64,000 bases of DNA from Bacteroidia bacterium (GCA_965216465.1 CBDCFW010000003.1:256001-320000), one strand, 5' to 3'. Shown: positions 21,975 through 31,412, numbered from the stretch's first letter. Translations and numbers: made by a program. Notes: generated by a model from the sequence alone, not told the origin.

Positions 21975-22088
21975 ATTGTATGATCATAATATAGTCATGA
22001 AAATTGAAGCACAAAGAGAAATTCCAAAATAGTTGAAATATTTTTTGGAAGCTGAGGAGTGCGTTAGGAGGGGTAAAGTATGAACTTT

Positions 22089-22376
22089 TTAGGCAGATGC
22101 TGGTTTGATGTACTTCTTATCGGCGTAAAACGTTCCAAAAGGAATAATTGCGCACAATAGCACGATTGCAAAGCTGCGGTTATCCCACTTCAATCGATCG
22201 CGAAGTACTATAGCAAGAAAGAGGTAAATGATGAATAAAACACCGTGGGGCATGCCTAGGGCTTTTACCCATGAGTCATTGTTAGCTAGATACTTAAGTG
22301 GACTTCCTACAAGAGCAAGAAGGATAAGCGAAATACCTTCTAAGTAGCTTATAATTCTGAAAAAATTGACAATCAT
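22089..22376 (-). CDS. DUF3817 membrane protein
   Basis: FRIISYLEGIS, GMPHGVLF, IIPFGTF. Confidence 0.85.
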   Translation of the reverse strand: MIVNFFRIISYLEGISLILLALVGSPLKYLANNDSWVKALGMPHGVLFIIYLFLAIVLRDRLKWDNRSFAIVLLCAIIPFGTFYADKKYIKPASA

Positions 22377-22816
22377 TTTAGTGTTGACAAAACTAGTAGA
22401 AATATTGGTACAAGGCAGCCTAATTTTGTACCGTTAACAAAGTTAAGTAGTAGAACGCTTTTGTGTTTTATTTTAAAATTTTGTTACTAATAATGGTTAG
22501 AGGGCCTGGGTGCAAACCCAGGCCTTTTTATTAGGATGTTTTTATGATTCTTACCCAATTTTGAGTGTTAACTTGATAATTAGGAATTAAAGGTTATATT
22601 TTTGCGTATGAGACTCATAACAAGAGGGTTAGTGTGGGTCTCAAAAATTGTTTAAAGCGTTTAACGATTTAAACTTTGTAGAGCTTGGCAGGGGGTTGGA
22701 AGTACGCTACTAGAAACATAATGTGGTTATTATGTTGTTGTAAGGTGACCAAGCTCTTACATACCTTCTTATGATGGCGATTAACGGCCGGACGTACCTG
22801 CATAACGTTTAGAATT

Positions 22817-23050
22817 ATGTTAAATCAAAAAACGCTCACCGGCAACGACAAACTCATGTACGATTTCATTAAGTCAAGTGATACCGTTTCAATCGACACG
22901 GGGTATATCACCTGGTTCTCAAAAACAAATTATTTCCGAGTGGTTTATGAGGGAGTTGACAACCTTACAGAGGATATATACTCCGAGATCGAAGCAGTAT
23001 TCGCAAGAATTTATCCTTTATATTTAGAGGATAAGATGTATCCTCATTAG
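22817..23050 (+). CDS. Hypothetical protein
   Basis: 77-aa ORF whose ATG lies inside a XerD-arm-like 11-mer; may be spurious. Confidence 0.35.
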   Translation: MLNQKTLTGNDKLMYDFIKSSDTVSIDTGYITWFSKTNYFRVVYEGVDNLTEDIYSEIEAVFARIYPLYLEDKMYPH

Positions 23051-23067
23051 TGAGTTTATAACTCTAA

Positions 23068-23799
23068 CTAGTAGATTACCAGCGTTCTGACGGAAATTTT
23101 ATCATCTTGACGAATGCGAACTGCATACAAGCCGGGTTTGAGTTTTCCAAAATCGAGCTTTAGCCTGTTGCTTCCTAAATCTTCAAAAATTTGGAAGCTG
23201 TGCGTTACTCCAAGACCATCAATGAGTTCAATATCCGATTCGGTTATTGGGTTATTAGATTGTATGAATATGATTCCATTTGAAGGGTTTGGGAAAATGT
23301 TGACTTCATATTTAGGAGTGTTAATTGAAGTCGAAACTTTGTGTACTAAAGGAATAAATGGCCTATTGTCTTTTAATCTGTCAACGTAAAGTTCTGCTCT
23401 CAAAGCACGTTTGTCTGTTTGTCTTCCATAGCATTGCGGACTAATACTAAATCCAAGCAAAGCATCGCTGCTGTTTTGATCACTATTAACGAAAAGAATG
23501 TCATTCAATATAAAGTGAGCTCCAGGAACAATGTATTGACCTATTGCTTTTCGAACTTCAGGATAGTCTTCTGGAATCAAATCAAACCAAGTTTGCCAGA
23601 TAATTGTGTCGTCTGGATACAAGGTGTCAGGACCTTGATTGGTGAATAGAAATGAAATTTTCAGATTTACAGGAGATTGAATGGTCTGAAATGGGCTTGG
23701 TTCAATAAACTCCACTTTGCCGTCAATATAACGGTCAATGTACTGAGCGCTTAAATATGGACTTAAGAGGAGCGTTAAAATCGGTATTATTTCTCTCAT
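23068..23799 (-). CDS. Secreted protein with T9SS type A CTD (paralog 1)
   Basis: Signal peptide, TNQGPDTLYPDDT, IFPNPSNG...GLYAVRI. Confidence 0.8.
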   Translation of the reverse strand: MREIIPILTLLLSPYLSAQYIDRYIDGKVEFIEPSPFQTIQSPVNLKISFLFTNQGPDTLYPDDTIIWQTWFDLIPEDYPEVRKAIGQYIVPGAHFILNDILFVNSDQNSSDALLGFSISPQCYGRQTDKRALRAELYVDRLKDNRPFIPLVHKVSTSINTPKYEVNIFPNPSNGIIFIQSNNPITESDIELIDGLGVTHSFQIFEDLGSNRLKLDFGKLKPGLYAVRIRQDDKISVRTLVIY

Positions 23800-23885
23800 G
23801 TAAGGATTTATTTTATCATCAGTGTTTTACAGATTAAAATTTCAGCATGACCATAGCCGTAGTTATTAATATTAATCTCATGGCT

Positions 23886-24635
23886 TTATTGAATAATAAT
23901 GGGTTTAGATTCAATGTACTTATCAAGCTTGATTCGAATAATGTATAGTCCTGGACTGATGTCGCCGAAATCCAGCTTATAAGTATTGTTCATTTGGGTT
24001 TCAATTGTCCGGCAGTTGTGCTTTACTCCAAGACCATCAATGAGTTCAATACTCCAGTCAACTATTGCTTTATTCGATTGTATGAAAATGACTCCGTTTG
24101 AAGGATTTGGGAAAACGTTGATTTTATTTTCTAAATTCAGAATGGATGCAGAGTTAGGTGCTTTATGAATAAGACGAATTGCTGGTGAATTATCCTTCAT
24201 GTAATCTTCATAAAACTCAGGGTGTAACGATCTCTTGTCTGTCTGTAAACCATATGCTCGTGGTTCAATTTGAAATGTGAACAGCATATTGTCGTTATTG
24301 AATTTACTGTTAATAAAAACTGTATCAAAATATACTAAGTGTTGGTCAGGTGCAACAAAGCTACCGATTGCAACTTTTCTAATTGGAGGTAAAGATTCTT
24401 CTCTCATTGAACTATAGTAATATTGCCAGACTAGTGTGTCATCAGGGTATAAAGTGTCAGGTCCTTGGTTGGTCATTAGGAAGGAGGAAGGTAAGTAAAT
24501 AGGAGACTGGATCTCGGTTAAAGGACTAGGTTCAATAAACTCAATTTTGAGATCAGCATACCGTGGGATGAATACTTGTCCATCAGAATTCAGAAACAGA
24601 AAAATCAAGATGAGGAATATTATATTTCTATGCAT
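23886..24635 (-). CDS. Secreted protein with T9SS type A CTD (paralog 2)
   Basis: Same motifs as 23068-23799 (EFIEPSP, TNQGPDTLYPDDT, QTDKR, FPNPSNG). Confidence 0.8.
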   Translation of the reverse strand: MHRNIIFLILIFLFLNSDGQVFIPRYADLKIEFIEPSPLTEIQSPIYLPSSFLMTNQGPDTLYPDDTLVWQYYYSSMREESLPPIRKVAIGSFVAPDQHLVYFDTVFINSKFNNDNMLFTFQIEPRAYGLQTDKRSLHPEFYEDYMKDNSPAIRLIHKAPNSASILNLENKINVFPNPSNGVIFIQSNKAIVDWSIELIDGLGVKHNCRTIETQMNNTYKLDFGDISPGLYIIRIKLDKYIESKPIIIQ

Positions 24636-24639
24636 GGTA

Positions 24640-25566
24640 TTATTTTTTTAGTTGGTTAAAATTTTCGTTTTTTTCGTCAATGTCTTTTTGAGTCGAGCAC
24701 TTGCAACATATTTCAATTGGTATTTCGATATGTAGGTCAGGGCATTCATCAGGTGATTTATTTATGCACGGAAGAATAGCTATATTTAATCTATAGCTCT
24801 TGCAACCTTTGGGCACTGAATTATCATCTACTTGTGATTGATCTTGATTATGATAAGTTTTGCAGTGTCTCTGTAAATGTGAAACATTTTCAGATCTACC
24901 CAATCTATATCTTTCCGAAAGTTTAGCCCAACCCAGGTCAACTTCATCTTTTGGAGTGCCTATAGTTATAGAAGTTGTACCACAAAACCCATCCAAATTC
25001 ACTATGGCATCCAACTTAAAGTCCTTGAACGTTCTGCATTTGCGTGTATCAATGGTGTAGATGTCTTCAGGTTTTATAATGTTTAAGGTTGTGGTTGTAC
25101 CTGTTTTCTTACCGAATTGATCTTCTTCAATGATGGTTGTTACCTCAATGCGATGCACATCATCCTCAAATTCGAACCAGTTGTTGTTGAACGAACCGTC
25201 TTCTTCGAGAATCATATCAATAATGTTTACCTTTTTGGGAATGTATTCCATCCGAAGAGAGTCATACCAATTAACTAATGCTGGACCTTTTTGGTGGTCT
25301 CCTAGATCGAGGCCTTCATAATTGTGAGAAATAGAATTTCCTGCAGCGTCGTATAGTTCAATATAGACATAATCGAGATTGTTGCTCGATAAAGCTTGCC
25401 TGAATCGGAAGGATGCATCAAGCACGTTGTAGGAATTTCCATCGAGCTCTATCGACTGGTAGCAGTTTTCGAGCCGAGAGTTTGCGAATCCATCGCGTTG
25501 TGCAAAAGAGTGTAGGGTTATGAAATAGAGGATTAAGCTTGAAGAAAGTTTAATGGCTGTTTTCAT
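24640..25566 (-). CDS. Secreted Cys-rich hypothetical protein
   Basis: Signal peptide ending SFA-Q; several C-terminal cysteines. Confidence 0.65.
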   Translation of the reverse strand: MKTAIKLSSSLILYFITLHSFAQRDGFANSRLENCYQSIELDGNSYNVLDASFRFRQALSSNNLDYVYIELYDAAGNSISHNYEGLDLGDHQKGPALVNWYDSLRMEYIPKKVNIIDMILEEDGSFNNNWFEFEDDVHRIEVTTIIEEDQFGKKTGTTTTLNIIKPEDIYTIDTRKCRTFKDFKLDAIVNLDGFCGTTSITIGTPKDEVDLGWAKLSERYRLGRSENVSHLQRHCKTYHNQDQSQVDDNSVPKGCKSYRLNIAILPCINKSPDECPDLHIEIPIEICCKCSTQKDIDEKNENFNQLKK

Positions 25567-26095
25567 ACTACAAGGCTAGGAGAGGGGCAAGCCTGATTTT
25601 GTAGTAAATCATTGAACTTGAGAAGCGGCCATTTTGACCAACAAACGAGCAATAACAAAAAAGCCGCTCCAGTAGGAACGGCCCGTTTTAAGGTTAGTTA
25701 GGTTAAATTTTCATATGGCTAGAGTTTTCTAGGGGTATGTCATTTCAAAGATAAGAAGAGGTTATAGGAGCAGATATATACATTTCTATATAAAAAAGTG
25801 TGTAAAAGGATATTTGCTGTAGACTGAGCAAATACCATTGATGATGGGCTTTTAGGTGGTAATGTGGGTATAACATGACAGTTTTATTTGAAACTTAGCA
25901 ACATAACAAATACTATTGCCGCAATCTTAACTAGGGGTTAGTTTAGGTTAGTACTAATATTATAGTTAAGGTTATAATTTATAGCCATCCTGTTTTAGGT
26001 TATCGGGATGGCTTTTTTGTGCCTGAAACACGCAAGTTTTGTCTGGCGAAGCCCTAAATGAATGATATAAGCTCCACAAATGCTACATTCGGAAA

Positions 26096-26395
26096 GTGTT
26101 AGTCAAAATCTTACAAGACAGAACAGATCGAAAGCCGCCGAATAACTTGTCGTGGTTGGAGTGGTGGAAGCAGCAAAAAAGTGTCAGTACAGCGAATGTC
26201 CGGTGTAGAGCGACAGGCTGTATAAACTACGCTAGTCAAGCTTCACAGGTTATAAGTTGTGATGCTCGCAGCACAGCACGAAGGTGGTATATTGTACCCT
26301 TATGTGCATCGCATATTAAGCAAGAAGACTGTTTTAATGTGCCGCATGGGCAGCTTGAGGGGTATAATGCGTGCACAAAACTAGTTAAGTTATGA
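26096..26395 (+). CDS. Small putative Zn-binding hypothetical protein
   Basis: SWLEWW, CRATGC, WYIVPLCASH. Confidence 0.55.
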   Translation: MLVKILQDRTDRKPPNNLSWLEWWKQQKSVSTANVRCRATGCINYASQASQVISCDARSTARRWYIVPLCASHIKQEDCFNVPHGQLEGYNACTKLVKL

Positions 26396-26547
26396 AATTT
26401 AGTTAACGAAGATGGGCATTACATTGGAATTTGGCGATTTGAGCAAGCTATATTTTGAATAGAATCAGATGTTAATGTATTAATGTTACATGAAATAATG
26501 TGCTTTTATATAACGTAGAGAACACCGCATTAAGATAGGTTTGTAAT

Positions 26548-27477
26548 ATGAGTAGTGAGAGTACAAATTGGGTAGAGTCATTTTACGATGCATTAAAGGA
26601 AAGAGTTAAAAGTCCATATACTGGGGCGTATATATTTTCATGGATAGGGTATAATTATGATTTGTTCATATTATTATTTTTCGTGGATGGAACAAAAAAG
26701 GGATTAGACAAGATTGAAGAAGCTAAAAGAATACTTGGAAATTCATTCATCGCTGATTTGGATAAAGATTTTGGATTTTGGGGAACGTTCTGGATTCCTG
26801 CAGTTGCCGCATTAACATTGATGTTGCTATTTCCAATTATTAATATGGCTGCATCTATGTATAGTAATTGGATGAAGAAGGTTACTCGATCCAAAATATT
26901 AAAGCAAGGGAAGAAGTTTACTGTTTCAGGCGAGGAATATTTTGATAAACTAATGGAAATTCAGAGGTTAAATGATGAAGCAATTGCAGAATCAAAAAGA
27001 GTCCAAGAATTATCAAATATTTGGAAGAAAGAAAAGAAGGAGAGTGAGAGAGTAAAAGATAAGTATATTATGTTGATTAGAGCAGAATCCGCGATTAAGG
27101 AACCCTATCAATTTGCGACAGATGGAATAATTCTAGATCATTATATACGTGGCAAAGAAATAGGTGAACATATGGAAGCACTTAGAACGTTTTATATTTT
27201 GTACGGGGCAATGAAGGGTTTTATAAATAGAGATGAGGAAGTACTGACGTCGATCATATATTCTAAATGGGCTACTAGATTCGAAACTGATGGAATATTT
27301 GTTTATGAAATAGAAACAAAATTAACAGGACGCACAGGATTGGCTAATGTAGTTAGAGTAAATGTATTAAGAGGAACTAGATTTAAGAAGACTGGTTTAG
27401 CTTTGCTAGTCAGAATGTTGATAAAAGAGGAATACCAAGAGATATATAAAAGGGCAAGTTTAAATGATTTGGGATGA
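26548..27477 (+). CDS. Membrane protein with coiled coil (accessory cargo)
   Basis: ERVKSPYTGAYIFSWIGYN then two TM segments and coiled coil; AT/purine-rich DNA. Confidence 0.7.
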   Translation: MSSESTNWVESFYDALKERVKSPYTGAYIFSWIGYNYDLFILLFFVDGTKKGLDKIEEAKRILGNSFIADLDKDFGFWGTFWIPAVAALTLMLLFPIINMAASMYSNWMKKVTRSKILKQGKKFTVSGEEYFDKLMEIQRLNDEAIAESKRVQELSNIWKKEKKESERVKDKYIMLIRAESAIKEPYQFATDGIILDHYIRGKEIGEHMEALRTFYILYGAMKGFINRDEEVLTSIIYSKWATRFETDGIFVYEIETKLTGRTGLANVVRVNVLRGTRFKKTGLALLVRMLIKEEYQEIYKRASLNDLG

Positions 27478-27489
27478 TAATTTTGCGAT

Positions 27490-27771
27490 ATGGATACAAT
27501 AAATAAAGAAGAATTTGCGGCCCTATTTGGAATGATAGGATGGATGTGTAATGAGCTTGCAATGATAAAGGGAATGAATCAAGTCCTGCTAAAAATGATT
27601 GCAACTGACAAGGGTTTTGAATTAGAAAATGTGAAAAAAGAGATAGAGTCTTTTTATGCATCTTACAATTTGATCAGTGCAGACAAGCTAGACCAAATAG
27701 TGAGATATGCAACAGATGAAGATTATAGGAATGAACAAGGTGCCGACTTCTATAAGAAGTTATTTAAGTGA
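27490..27771 (+). CDS. Hypothetical protein
   Basis: 93-aa ORF co-oriented 12 bp after previous gene. Confidence 0.6.
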   Translation: MDTINKEEFAALFGMIGWMCNELAMIKGMNQVLLKMIATDKGFELENVKKEIESFYASYNLISADKLDQIVRYATDEDYRNEQGADFYKKLFK

Positions 27772-27863
27772 TATCAAATACCCGACTTCCTAAAGATCTG
27801 CAGCTGAAAATACGATATCAATTTGTATTTCGGAAACCAGGAGCTTCAGGAGAAAATGACATC
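27770..27863. repeat. 44-bp-period GATATC array, copy 1
   Basis: GATATC at 27770 and 27814, GACATC at 27858; AGATCTGCAGCTGA at 27794. Confidence 0.85.
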
Positions 27864-27968
27864 ATTTAATCTTCTGAACCTCTCATAAATGATTAAGGAA
27901 GTTCTGGATCCACAAACTGTAGAATCAAGATAGGCCCTATAAACAGGGGCAATTTATATATTTGAGTT

Positions 27969-28871
27969 ATGATTATTTGGAAATTACTATTATGGTTGAT
28001 GGAGGCTAGCTCTGAGATTGTGGGAATACTAGGGCAAATGACAAGTGTTGTTTTTTCAACTCTGCTTACTCTTTTTATTGTTTGGTTAAGACAGTTCTAT
28101 GTAAAAAGATATGATGCTCAGAAAGTGGCAAAGGAATTGGAAGAGAAAAGAAGGTACTACTTAAAAATGGCTCGACTAGGTGCCGAAAGTTTAAAGAAAT
28201 ACTCAAAGATTCTTAAAGATAATAGAAACCTGTTCAAACGAATGGCTAGTGGTAAACTTGGAGTGTTTAATACTATGCAAATAAGTGCAATAATTGAATT
28301 AGAAAAAATGGATTTATTGAGATACAATAAGGCATTTAATGTTGTTAATGAAGGTCGAAAAGTTGAAGTTGAAGAGTGTCAAATAAACATTGCCAATCAT
28401 GCCAGATTTATTATTGCGATACATGAAAGATATTTAGAAGAGGTAAAAGAATTTATAAGTGCTTACAACGAACATAGAAAGGAACATGACGAAGAAATTA
28501 GAAGGATGATTGGTTTGGATGAGAATGTTAGAGTCAAAATACAAAAGATGTCACCGACGCGAGAAGAACAACGGTATTTTATGGAAGTTCACGGCATTAT
28601 AGATGAGTATATGAAGGTAGATGAGGAGGTTAGAATTTACAGCTCACAAGAATTATTAGTAAAACCATTATCAGAAGCTTGTATGAAGTATTATTCTTTG
28701 TCTTGGGCATCAGATATGCAAAAGGCAATTGGAAAAAGTAGAGATGCTGATGCCCAAATATTAACCGTGGTCAAAGCTGCTAGTACACAGTCTAAAATAT
28801 ATGCGGATAATGCTACAAATGCTGCTAAGAAGGTAGAAGAAAATATTAAGTTGCTTGAGAGTTTGTTGTAA
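27969..28871 (+). CDS. N-terminal TM helical protein (accessory cargo)
   Basis: Hydrophobic N-terminus then long helical region. Confidence 0.7.
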   Translation: MIIWKLLLWLMEASSEIVGILGQMTSVVFSTLLTLFIVWLRQFYVKRYDAQKVAKELEEKRRYYLKMARLGAESLKKYSKILKDNRNLFKRMASGKLGVFNTMQISAIIELEKMDLLRYNKAFNVVNEGRKVEVEECQINIANHARFIIAIHERYLEEVKEFISAYNEHRKEHDEEIRRMIGLDENVRVKIQKMSPTREEQRYFMEVHGIIDEYMKVDEEVRIYSSQELLVKPLSEACMKYYSLSWASDMQKAIGKSRDADAQILTVVKAASTQSKIYADNATNAAKKVEENIKLLESLL

Positions 28872-28922
28872 TTGGTTAATATTGGCCACATAACAGATCA
28901 AAGATTTAATATCAATAGAACT

Positions 28923-28950
28923 TGTGCCTATAATTTATAGTATGTTCCTA
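28923..28950 (+). other. dif-like hybrid site (attL of element A)
   Basis: TGTGCCTATAA-TTTATA-GTATGTTCCTA; 11-6-11 layout, degenerate XerD arm. Confidence 0.8.
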
Positions 28951-29008
28951 GTCTTTATAAACCTCTGAATATGAAAACTTTAGGTTAATTCTCGAAAGAG
29001 TAGGCCTG

Positions 29009-30202
29009 TTGATAAAAAAAGAAACTTTACTTGATCATACATACCTTGAAGAGAACACTTTAAAAGTCGCATCAATCGACAGTTTAAAGTTGAGAATCCC
29101 TTTCGAAGAGGTAAAGTTAATAAAAACTGACTTAGACGACAATTGGAAATATCTAAACGACTCCACCGGAGAGATTGACGAGAAGGAATATTTAAAACGA
29201 GCTTACTGGTCAAGAGCCAAAGGAATAGCCACTAAATATGCAGTAGAACACCAAACAATAGAAGGTGGCCACATCAGAAAATACTTGGTAATCCTGGTAA
29301 GTTCTAAAGTTCTCAAAGAACTTTATTTCTATGGCATCAGCAAGAAAACAATCTTCCATCTTTTAAAGGAGATCAATAATCAAAATGTTGTAAATCTTGA
29401 AATGTATCAGCTCCTTCAGGCTGAATGCGTAGATATTGATTTCAAAGTAGATTATGAAATGACAATCCATGAGTTTGAAGGATTAATTGAATTGTCTAAA
29501 CACATGACCATCCCAAAGCAACGCCTTAAAACAGGATATCAAGTTTTCTTGGGAAAAGGTAATAAAGGTATTGCTTGGGGAACACGTCAAACACAATCTC
29601 CAAAAACAAATCCATTCTGGAAACACTACCACAAAGGATTAGAGCTAAAAGAAAAATCCTATGAATTCACTGACGAATACCTAACAGACCAGGTATTTGA
29701 AAACAGATGCCGGACCGAGTTTACCATCAAAAACCGCCAACACTTAAACGCAGTATTCGGAAGTCCGCAAAGTGATTTAAACTATTTGATCAATCTTCCT
29801 CAAGATAAGCTGTTTGCAGCCTTAAATATGTGCATCGATGCACACTTATATCGTCCTGACGGATACAAACCTATTGAAGAACGGACCTATAAAAACCCTG
29901 CTGACACCATCATAAGCAATTTAATCCAGGTAGCAATCATGTCCAAGTTTTCTGAAACACACATCATAGAAATAGCCTTAAATGGAATAACGGACAAACA
30001 TCGAAGAACCAGGCAGAAGAAAAGAGTGCGATTCTTGATCAGGCAACTGGTACATCAGCATCCATCCACACAAAATCAATTGGCCAAGAATAAAGCGGGC
30101 CACGAGTTATATAAATGGCTAACAGACGAAGGTAAGGATAACAGAAGTGTCTCAACGGAGTTAACCCAACAATTACTTTTCTATAAAACGATGTATGACT
30201 AG
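29009..30202 (+). CDS. Rolling-circle replication initiator (Rep_trans / phage gene II-X-like)
   Basis: IDSLKL, DIDFKVD, HYHKGLE, CRTEFTIK resemble the D.D...D / Y.K..E / R.E pattern; homolog of 37350-38600; TTG start. Confidence 0.7.
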   Translation: MIKKETLLDHTYLEENTLKVASIDSLKLRIPFEEVKLIKTDLDDNWKYLNDSTGEIDEKEYLKRAYWSRAKGIATKYAVEHQTIEGGHIRKYLVILVSSKVLKELYFYGISKKTIFHLLKEINNQNVVNLEMYQLLQAECVDIDFKVDYEMTIHEFEGLIELSKHMTIPKQRLKTGYQVFLGKGNKGIAWGTRQTQSPKTNPFWKHYHKGLELKEKSYEFTDEYLTDQVFENRCRTEFTIKNRQHLNAVFGSPQSDLNYLINLPQDKLFAALNMCIDAHLYRPDGYKPIEERTYKNPADTIISNLIQVAIMSKFSETHIIEIALNGITDKHRRTRQKKRVRFLIRQLVHQHPSTQNQLAKNKAGHELYKWLTDEGKDNRSVSTELTQQLLFYKTMYD

Positions 30203-30359
30203 ACTTGAAAAACTAAAGGCCAAAAGAGCAACTCTCCAGGACTACATAAAAAAGACTGGAAGCACTCAATTTGCAGAAAGGTTATCCAACCTAAATAAGG
30301 CAATATTTTGTCTTGAATGGCTTGAAAACAACCAAAAAATAATTGATGAGCTGATTTAG
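30195..30359 (+). CDS. 54-aa helical protein (absent from ORF track)
   Basis: MTRLEKLKAKRATLQDY...LSNLNKAIFCLEWLE overlaps rep stop; resembles 39586-39783. Confidence 0.6.
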   Translation: MTRLEKLKAKRATLQDYIKKTGSTQFAERLSNLNKAIFCLEWLENNQKIIDELI

Positions 30360-30454
30360 GCTCCAGGGTCATTTCTAGATAATGACCCTAAGTTGCGTTG
30401 GACCGCAACCACGATGCAAAGCGAGTGGGCGTCCAACCACTTAGGGCTAAATCA
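30352..30454. other. Multi-hairpin non-coding region, candidate replication origin of element A
   Basis: Inverted repeats AGGGTCATT/AATGACCCT, CCCTAAGT/ACTTAGGG, GTTGGAC/GTCCAAC, TGATTTAG/CTAAATCA. Confidence 0.55.
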
Positions 30455-30585
30455 TCCTATACATCTATAATAAACTCAATACTAGTGTGTTACGCTGAAA
30501 TATTACTCAAACCTTCAAAAAAGCCTTGAAGTACATATATGTAATAGCAGATTACATAAGAATTTATTAATAACACATAGCAATT

Positions 30586-31317
30586 ATGGCCGAAATTTTA
30601 AATACCACGGGAGTGGTATCAGCAAAAGCAAAAATCGCAACTTCAGTTATAAAACTGGGTATGACGATTGAAGACCAAACTGCAGGTTTGGCAAAGGCAG
30701 ACTTGGAAAACATTCTAGTAAAAATCATTGATGCAGGAAATGGTTCAAATCCTGTAATCCACAGCGTGGATTTATGGACCTTACTGGAAGAAAGTGCTGA
30801 GACTGTAGGAGTGTTCATGTTGGCAGCTAACAAATTGACTGGAAGTGTTGACCTTGTAGTGGATGAAATGCCATTTAACGCAAGAGAAATTAACTTCCTT
30901 GAAGTTCAATTATCAGGATTGGTTGCAACGCAAACCGTAAAACTTTATGCTATCGATGGATGGGGTAATGATGGAGCATTAAGAAACTTACAGCTCAAAT
31001 CAATTGTAGGAAGTGCAATGAATGACATTAGTTTAATGGGAGTTAAACGCATGATTATTCCAATTTCTAAGATTGACTCTGTAACACTTGATTATCCAGC
31101 TTTAGGCAATCTAAAAGCAAAATCAGTAACCTACACAGAAGAGGAGCTTGAAATCTTACAGCTTGAAGACCCTGGTATTGTTTACCTAAAAGGTAAATCA
31201 GCAACACCACAGTATCTGGTAGAAAACAATTGGATTCTAGCCTGTAACAATGCAGTTAGAGCCAAAGTACAACCTAAAGCTGCTGCGGGAGACTTCAACA
31301 TCCTACTGGACAAGTAA
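30586..31317 (+). CDS. Putative major capsid protein (beta-rich, jelly-roll candidate)
   Basis: 243 aa, first gene of structural operon; similar to 40432-41169 (VDLWTLLE/IDLYTLFE, GSVDL/GMVDL, IDSVTLDY/VDYVEITY). Confidence 0.55.
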   Translation: MAEILNTTGVVSAKAKIATSVIKLGMTIEDQTAGLAKADLENILVKIIDAGNGSNPVIHSVDLWTLLEESAETVGVFMLAANKLTGSVDLVVDEMPFNAREINFLEVQLSGLVATQTVKLYAIDGWGNDGALRNLQLKSIVGSAMNDISLMGVKRMIIPISKIDSVTLDYPALGNLKAKSVTYTEEELEILQLEDPGIVYLKGKSATPQYLVENNWILACNNAVRAKVQPKAAAGDFNILLDK

Positions 31318-31412
31318 TGGCACTCAAATTCATTTACAAAACCAAAGCACAGCGGCGTAAGATTTTACGCAACATTGCTTTAAGCAAGAAGAAAGGAAAT
31401 GGGAAAGGGTAG
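31317..31412 (+). CDS. 31-aa highly basic peptide (absent from ORF track)
   Basis: MALKFIYKTKAQRRKILRNIALSKKKGNGKG; TAATG coupling to capsid-candidate stop. Confidence 0.5.
   Translation: MALKFIYKTKAQRRKILRNIALSKKKGNGKG

Noticed and set aside
25967-25994. TATAATTTATA core matching the dif centre
   Set aside because: AT-only 11-mer that can occur by chance; the right flank has no XerD-arm similarity.
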